From NCBI GenBank assembly GCA_964560995.1, contig CAZLNI010000001.1, positions 1 through 30,583 on the forward strand: DNA of 30,583 bases, given 5' to 3'. The translations under genes were made by a program, and so were the position numbers. Source of the DNA: an uncultured Muribaculaceae bacterium (GTDB taxonomy: Bacteria > Bacillota_I > Bacilli_A > RF39 > UBA660). Shown piece after piece: positions 25,200 through 30,583 of the stretch. A model generated the notes under the pieces. The model was not told the DNA's origin. It made no database searches and saw nothing but the letters and a program-made list of their open reading frames with translations. How positions within the stretch are numbered: the first letter of the stretch is position 1; the number at the start of each line of letters is the position of its first letter.

Positions 25200-25974
25200 C
25201 GCGTTCAATGACCTCCTTCGCTAAATTTAAATATGCTTCGGTGGCACGGCAAGTTGGATCATACTCGCATATAGGTTTGCCATGACTTGGAGCCTCTACC
25301 AATCTTATAAGGCGAGGAATAATCGTGTTGAATACCTTTTCTCCAAAAAATTTTCTTACTTGTTCAACGACTTCTAAGCCGAGGTTTGTACGCGAATCCA
25401 AAAGAGTTAAAAGCACTCCTTCTATCGTCAGTTCTGGATTCAGTTTCGTCTGTGTCATGATAATCGTATTCAACAATTGCGCGACTCCTTCCAATGCAAA
25501 AAACTCACATTGTACAGGAATAAGTACAGAGTTAGATGCGACCAAGGCATTTATAGTATGTATGCCTAGTGATGGAGGGCAATCTAAGATTATATAATCA
25601 AAGTCTTCTTCTACTTTGGCAAGAGCATTTTTTAGTTGCTGATTCTTTTTAAACTCTGGGTCGTTGTACTCCATCTGCATGAGTTCGGTATCTAGACCTG
25701 CTAAGTTTATCGTTGCTGGTAAGATAGATAATTTTGTAAATTTCGTCTTGATAATCGCATCTTTCGGTTCACATCTATTCGTCAAAACTTCATAAACGCT
25801 GTACTTTATGGCACCTTTATTGATTCCTAAACCAGTTGAAGCGTTACCTTGTGAATCTAAATCTATTAATAGAGTCTTTTTACCAAGCTTACCTAATGAG
25901 GCAGCTAAGTTGATACTTGTCGTCGTTTTGCCAACTCCACCTTTTTGATTAACTAAAGAAATAATTTTTGCCAT
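25189..25974 (-). CDS. parA: ParA/Soj ATPase
   Basis: NQKGGVGKTT, DLDSQGNA, DCPPSLG, PVQCEFFALEG, EAPSHG. Confidence 0.98.
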   Translation of the reverse strand: MAKIISLVNQKGGVGKTTTSINLAASLGKLGKKTLLIDLDSQGNASTGLGINKGAIKYSVYEVLTNRCEPKDAIIKTKFTKLSILPATINLAGLDTELMQMEYNDPEFKKNQQLKNALAKVEEDFDYIILDCPPSLGIHTINALVASNSVLIPVQCEFFALEGVAQLLNTIIMTQTKLNPELTIEGVLLTLLDSRTNLGLEVVEQVRKFFGEKVFNTIIPRLIRLVEAPSHGKPICEYDPTCRATEAYLNLAKEVIERDGN

Positions 25975-26064
25975 CGCGTACCACACTTTCATTTTGTTTA
26001 TTTCTAGACTATTTTAACATAAATGATTAGCAATGTACATATAAGAATTAATCAAAAGCGTGAG

Positions 26065-26097
26065 AAAAAATAAAATTGTAGGAGAATTCTCTTACAA
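26065..26097 (-). terminator. Intrinsic terminator after the lipoprotein-like gene
   Basis: TTGTAAGAG-AATT-CTCCTACAA followed by TTTTATTTTTT. Confidence 0.6.
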
Positions 26098-26114
26098 CTT
26101 AAAATATTAGAAAC

Positions 26115-26921
26115 TTAATTTGTTGTTATTATATGTGCCTGTTCATCCAATGTTCTATGGAATTGGTGCGTTTTGCTTTCATTATTCAATTGAGCGTTCA
26201 GCGTTCTTTCAAAATCTAAATAATCTTTTTCTGTATATGTTTCTTGTGGATCCATACCATAATCAAGTATTAAACTTTGCGTGACTATTGGCATAAGTTT
26301 ATCTATTGGTTCTTGGTCGTTCATTTCGTCATAATAAGTTACGGTCACAGTGTTTTCTTTTTCTTCTTTCTCAGTATAGACATATGTTTCTACTGTATCA
26401 TATGATGTCGCTCCTAAGTAAATGGTGTCTTTTCCATATTGTCCTATATCAATAACACTAGAGTCTTCGTCTCTTATAATGCTTAAGACTTTTTGGCTTT
26501 CTAATCGGATGGACGGGTCTTTTAATGCTCTATAACGGATTACAACTGCTCTGTTATATGCTTCGTCGATTTTAGAAGCCATAGCCGTAGAGCCTAGTTT
26601 GGCTTTAGCAAAGTTAATATGTTCTTCTGGCGCAGCCGATAATTCTGGCCAACTATCGTAACTTTTCATAAAGACAATTTCTTCGAGTCCTGTTTCGGGG
26701 TTAGTGTACTTGACGACGTTTATTTTATAAACTGGTATTTTTTCTTCTTCTAAAGTTGGAGATGAGCTACCGATTGCATTAGGGTTTAAAGTTTCATATA
26801 TCGATGGGCTTAAACTTTCATCCGCTTTTTGGTCAAGATGTCCACACGCTGTACATAGTGAGAAGCCGAGTGCAACAGCAGTGACACCAGAAAACAATCT
26901 TATTCTATTTTTTAAAATCAT
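26115..26921 (-). CDS. Hypothetical exported protein, probable lipoprotein
   Basis: Basic N-terminus, hydrophobic core, lipobox-like LCTA-C; acidic mature part; SD AAAGGA. Confidence 0.7.
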   Translation of the reverse strand: MILKNRIRLFSGVTAVALGFSLCTACGHLDQKADESLSPSIYETLNPNAIGSSSPTLEEEKIPVYKINVVKYTNPETGLEEIVFMKSYDSWPELSAAPEEHINFAKAKLGSTAMASKIDEAYNRAVVIRYRALKDPSIRLESQKVLSIIRDEDSSVIDIGQYGKDTIYLGATSYDTVETYVYTEKEEKENTVTVTYYDEMNDQEPIDKLMPIVTQSLILDYGMDPQETYTEKDYLDFERTLNAQLNNESKTHQFHRTLDEQAHIITTN

Positions 26922-26946
26922 AGTATCGGTCCTTTCGTCTGTGTTT

Positions 26947-26975
26947 ATTAAATCACTTTATATATACTTTGTCAA
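26947..26975 (-). promoter_or_regulatory. sigma-A promoter of the lipoprotein-like gene
   Basis: TTGACA-17 nt-TTTAAT with extended -10 TG. Confidence 0.65.
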
Positions 26976-26992
26976 ATTATTAACCTTTCAAT

Positions 26993-27019
26993 AAAAAAAG
27001 GCGTTTTATTCTTCGCCTT
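26993..27019 (-). terminator. Intrinsic terminator after ftsH
   Basis: AAGGCG-10 nt-CGCCTT followed by T5, spanning the stop codon. Confidence 0.6.
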
Positions 27020-28898
27020 TAGTTTCTGCCTTTTCTTCTACTTCATCGTATTTAGTAAGCTTTCCTGTTGTAACGAGTTCGTCGATTTCTTCTTTTGTTA
27101 TCGTCTCGTGTTCGATCAGTGTATCGCTTATCAAAGTGACTAGTTTTTTGTTTTCTTTTAATATCTTTGTCGCCTCTTTGTAGCAAGCGTCGACTATTTT
27201 TCTAACTTCTGTGTCTATTTCTAGTGCGACTTGGTCACTGAAGTTTTTGGCTTTGTCGTAGTCGCGGCCTAAGAAGACACTTCCCTGTTTCGATTCTAAT
27301 TGAACTGGTCCTAAATCGCTCATACCGTATTCAGTGACCATAGATCTCGCTATTTTTGTAGCTCTTGAGAAATCATCTGAGGCACCAGTCGAAATCTCTC
27401 CAAAGAATAACTCTTCACTAACGCGACCTCCTAATAGACCTGTAATTTGAGCAAGTAGTTCTTTCTTAGTTGCTAAGTTCATGTGCTCATCTTTTGGAAG
27501 CATCATCGTATATCCGCCTGCCATACCGCGTGGTATGATAGTAATTTTGTGCACATCTTGAGCGTCTTCTAATTTAAGTCCGATGACGGCGTGTCCTGCT
27601 TCATGTAAGCTTACGAGTTTCTTTTCTTTGTCTGTAATCTTACGACTAACTTTAGCTGGGCCCATAAGTACGCGATCAGTAGCTTCGTCAATTTCATCCA
27701 TCGTGATGGCTTGCTTATTTCGACGTACGGTTAATAGAGCAGCTTCGTTTAAAAGGTTTTCTAAATCTGCTCCGCTGAAGCCTGGAGTACGTTTAGAAAG
27801 GTTCTTGAGATTGACATCTTTAGCAAACTTTTTGTTTTTAGCGTGTACTCCGAGAATCGCTTCTCTTTCTTCTGCATCTGGATAACCAACTGTTACTTGT
27901 CTGTCGAAACGGCCTGGTCTTAAAAGTGCAGGGTCGAGAACGTCTGGTCTGTTAGTGGCAGCTATGATGATAATTCCTTCGTTGGCACCAAATCCATCCA
28001 TCTCAGTTAAAAGTTGGTTAAGAGTTTGTTCGCGTTCATCGTGTCCACCACCGATTCCAGTACCTCTTTGACGTCCGACGGCATCGATTTCATCGATAAA
28101 TATGAGACATGGGGCATTATGTTTCGCCTCTTTAAACATATCTCTTACACGACTTGCTCCGACTCCTACGAACAATTCGACGAAGTCAGATCCGCTTATA
28201 TAGTAGAAAGGTACGTTAGCTTCACCTGCGACGGCTTTAGCTAAGAGTGTTTTACCTGTTCCTGGAGGGCCTACCAATAAGACTCCCTTTGGAATACGGG
28301 CCCCAAGTTTTTGGAACTTCTTTGGATTTTTGAGGAAGTCGATGAGCTCGGATACTTCTTCTTTTTCTTCTTTTAATCCTGCGACGTCGGTAAATCTAAC
28401 TTTTCCACCATCGGCATTTAACTTAGCAGTACTTCTTCCAAAGTCCATAGATTTGTTATTGCCACTGGATATCTTCATTAAAAGGTATAGAGTTGCACCT
28501 ACTAAAAGGACGGTTGGAATTACGTTTACGACGATGGCTAGAATAGCACTTGAGCCTGGGTCTTTATTCGTCTCAACTTTGAATTCCATTTTATCTTGGT
28601 AAGAAAGTATCTTGTCGATAATTACTTCTGAATATGGGACTTTCAATGAGAATTTTTCGTTCTTTTTATAGTCTTTAAGTTTACCCTCTATTTGATAAAT
28701 ACTCGAACTAGCAGAAGGTGTAATCGTCACTTCTTCAACTTTATTTTCGGTAATTACCTCCATAAATTGATCGTAAGTAAAATCGTGCGTGACGTTTTGA
28801 GATGCGCCATAGAAATAAACGGCACCAATCATCATCGCGAGCAATAGACCATACATTGCGAGTGATTTTACCATCGAATTTTGATTATTTTTTTTCAT
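27006..28898 (-). CDS. ftsH: ATP-dependent zinc metalloprotease FtsH
   Basis: Two TM helices, [34 protein letters not shown]. Confidence 0.99.
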   Translation of the reverse strand: MKKNNQNSMVKSLAMYGLLLAMMIGAVYFYGASQNVTHDFTYDQFMEVITENKVEEVTITPSASSSIYQIEGKLKDYKKNEKFSLKVPYSEVIIDKILSYQDKMEFKVETNKDPGSSAILAIVVNVIPTVLLVGATLYLLMKISSGNNKSMDFGRSTAKLNADGGKVRFTDVAGLKEEKEEVSELIDFLKNPKKFQKLGARIPKGVLLVGPPGTGKTLLAKAVAGEANVPFYYISGSDFVELFVGVGASRVRDMFKEAKHNAPCLIFIDEIDAVGRQRGTGIGGGHDEREQTLNQLLTEMDGFGANEGIIIIAATNRPDVLDPALLRPGRFDRQVTVGYPDAEEREAILGVHAKNKKFAKDVNLKNLSKRTPGFSGADLENLLNEAALLTVRRNKQAITMDEIDEATDRVLMGPAKVSRKITDKEKKLVSLHEAGHAVIGLKLEDAQDVHKITIIPRGMAGGYTMMLPKDEHMNLATKKELLAQITGLLGGRVSEELFFGEISTGASDDFSRATKIARSMVTEYGMSDLGPVQLESKQGSVFLGRDYDKAKNFSDQVALEIDTEVRKIVDACYKEATKILKENKKLVTLISDTLIEHETITKEEIDELVTTGKLTKYDEVEEKAETKGEE

Positions 28899-30210
28899 TA
28901 ATATTTTCCTTTCTTTGCGTGTACTTAAGTATTATATCATATTTTCCATCTTTGTTAACATCAAATTTGCTTTTGCGTAAACCAGGTAGCCAGACGATGA
29001 CGTTTTGACTATCGACGACTATAGGATAAGTGTCTCTTTTAGATGGGGCAACTTTGGCATCTATAAATATGTCCTTAACCTTTTTTGGAGAACCCATATT
29101 TTTTATTACCATCTTATCGCCTGGTGTTCTCGTCCTTATGTATAATGGTAACGTTAAAGCTTCACTATTCAATCTAGTCGTAAAATTAGAGCTGTCTTCA
29201 TAACTTTCTACAATTTCGATAGCTGAGCCATCCGGCAAAGTCGTAAGTGGTTGAAGCTCAATTTTAAACGTTTCCTTTTCTTGCAATTTTATAAATTTAA
29301 GTTCGTTGTATTCTCTTTGCACTTTGACTCCTAGAGGTAAATCGAGGGTAAAATTAGTGTTTTTAGAGATATGTTCTAAAATTTTTTCGATGTGGAAAAC
29401 TCCCAATTTATCCACATCATCTTTGTAAATGTCTTTAATAATTTTCTCGAGTTCTTTTTTTTGAATAAAGAGATTTAACTTAGTGAACTTATCTATACAG
29501 ATGGAACAATTTTCATAATTATCTTTTAGGCATCCGTCGACAACTTCGTCTATAAAGTCGCTGGCCTCTGTTAATTCGGTTGAAAACTGTAGATATTTTT
29601 GGTGGACATCCCTATATTCACTTTTTAAAAATGGTAAGATGTTATGTCTATATCTGTTTCTAGTATAAGTGTTCTCATCATTCGTCTTATCTTTTACGTA
29701 AGGCACTTTTTTTTGTTCTAAATAATGCAGAATATCATCTTTGGTGTAGAAGATGAGCGGTTTAATGAAAGAGTATTGACCTTCTTCATAAATACTTTTA
29801 AAACCTATATATCCTTTAAGATGAGAACCTCTGGTTAACCGCATTAGAATAGTTTCGATTAAATCGTCGCCGTGATGGGCGGTCATGATATATGGCGTTT
29901 TGTATTTGTCTGCTAAATTTTTATAGAACGCATACCTTTTTTTGCGGTAGTAGGATTCGTTTTGTGTCATTTTTTCTAGTTTTAATAGTTCAAATTGGAT
30001 ACCTTTTTTTTGACAGTATTCATGAACAAATGCACTTTCGTCTTCACTTTCTTCGCGTATACTATGGTCGACGTGAGCACATATGACGTGATAACCTTCT
30101 TCATATAGAATATTTAGAAGGCACATCGAATCTGGTCCGCCAGAGCAGCCAACTATTATAGGTTTGTCAGCAATAGATAAACTTTTTAAAAATTCGATAC
30201 TTTTATCCAT
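28885..30210 (-). CDS. tilS: tRNA(Ile)-lysidine synthetase
   Basis: SGGPDS PP-loop, TAHHGDDLIET, YTRNRYR, C-terminal RTRTPGD..KKVKDIFIDAKV; ATG 30210 preferred to TTG 30261. Confidence 0.97.
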   Translation of the reverse strand: MDKSIEFLKSLSIADKPIIVGCSGGPDSMCLLNILYEEGYHVICAHVDHSIREESEDESAFVHEYCQKKGIQFELLKLEKMTQNESYYRKKRYAFYKNLADKYKTPYIMTAHHGDDLIETILMRLTRGSHLKGYIGFKSIYEEGQYSFIKPLIFYTKDDILHYLEQKKVPYVKDKTNDENTYTRNRYRHNILPFLKSEYRDVHQKYLQFSTELTEASDFIDEVVDGCLKDNYENCSICIDKFTKLNLFIQKKELEKIIKDIYKDDVDKLGVFHIEKILEHISKNTNFTLDLPLGVKVQREYNELKFIKLQEKETFKIELQPLTTLPDGSAIEIVESYEDSSNFTTRLNSEALTLPLYIRTRTPGDKMVIKNMGSPKKVKDIFIDAKVAPSKRDTYPIVVDSQNVIVWLPGLRKSKFDVNKDGKYDIILKYTQRKENINEKK

Positions 30211-30233
30211 AGTCCACCGCTTTCTAAAGCAAT

Positions 30234-30261
30234 ATTCTATCAAATGTTTGTGAATTATCAA
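30234..30261 (-). promoter_or_regulatory. Putative sigma-A promoter of tilS-ftsH
   Basis: TTGATA-16 nt-TAGAAT with extended -10 TG. Confidence 0.5.
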
Positions 30262-30306
30262 CCAAGTTTTAAAAAAAAATGAAAATTTTATTTAATTATG
30301 AATAAT

Positions 30307-30336
30307 AAAAAGCTCAAAAGAACTTTTTTGAGTTTT
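30307..30336 (-). terminator. Hairpin/terminator upstream of tilS
   Basis: CTCAAAA-6 nt-TTTTGAG flanked by A and T runs. Confidence 0.5.
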
Positions 30337-30475
30337 CCGTTTATAATTTTTTACTTGTTTTGCGGACTTGCTAAATTTTCAGTATGGACTATCGATTCTG
30401 TCTAAAGAATCAAACAGTTTTCTGACGTCGCCATCGAAGCACGAAATATAGAATGATGGTAATTAATATATTTGA

Positions 30476-30583
30476 TTATTTGCAGTAGTTTATCAATTCT
30501 TCTGTAGTACGGGTTTTATTTTTTTCAATAACCCAATATTCGTCAGTTTCATCGAAGTTACATCTATATACGTCATAAAATAG
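30476..30583 (-). CDS. Possible 3' end of an upstream gene (partial, runs off the window)
   Basis: Open frame LFYDVYRCNFDETDEYWVIEKNKTRTTEELINYCK* from the window edge; too short to assign. Confidence 0.3.
   Translation of the reverse strand, partial: LFYDVYRCNFDETDEYWVIEKNKTRTTEELINYCK

Noticed and set aside
29408-29416. DnaA box TTATCCACA / oriC
   Set aside because: Single box inside tilS coding sequence, with no cluster and no dnaA.
134-30086. Numerous plus-strand ORFs in the track (for example 134-487, 9699-10034, 19278-19607, 22773-23192)
   Set aside because: They are antisense shadows of well-identified minus-strand genes, with no SD or family motif. Only 13905-14135 is credible on the plus strand.

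Overview
AT-rich chromosomal segment of a low-GC Firmicute (class Bacilli). The reduced gene order and protein style suggest an uncultured RF39-like gut lineage (inference). Standard genetic code: TGA is a stop at 731-733 and no long ORF needs UGA=Trp. Almost every gene is on the minus strand. Read in transcription direction the backbone is housekeeping: tilS-ftsH, a lipoprotein-like orphan, parA-parB-mscS-DUF951-abgT, rpsF-ssb-rpsR, rplI-dnaB-M23 peptidase-walJ-rlmH-ung, secE-nusG, rplK-rplA, rplJ-rplL, lepA-HD-hemW, rpsP-khpA. S6:S18, L1 and L10 leader RNAs and many near-consensus sigma-A promoters are recognisable. The accessory content is most interesting. Two paralogous surface-protein genes (5860-7551 and 12288-13802) share a near-identical core but have different N-terminal display modules and an indel-free, equal-length hypervariable 31-codon C-terminal segment with DGR-like NNY codon bias. 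The first carries a G10 tract that leaves its best start codon out of frame (apparent phase-OFF). The second has a SipW-type signal peptide and a TasA/CalY-like domain and lies opposite an XRE regulator with repeated operator-like boxes, inserted between nusG and rplK. No reverse transcriptase, integrase, transposase, tRNA, rRNA or CRISPR array is visible in the window.
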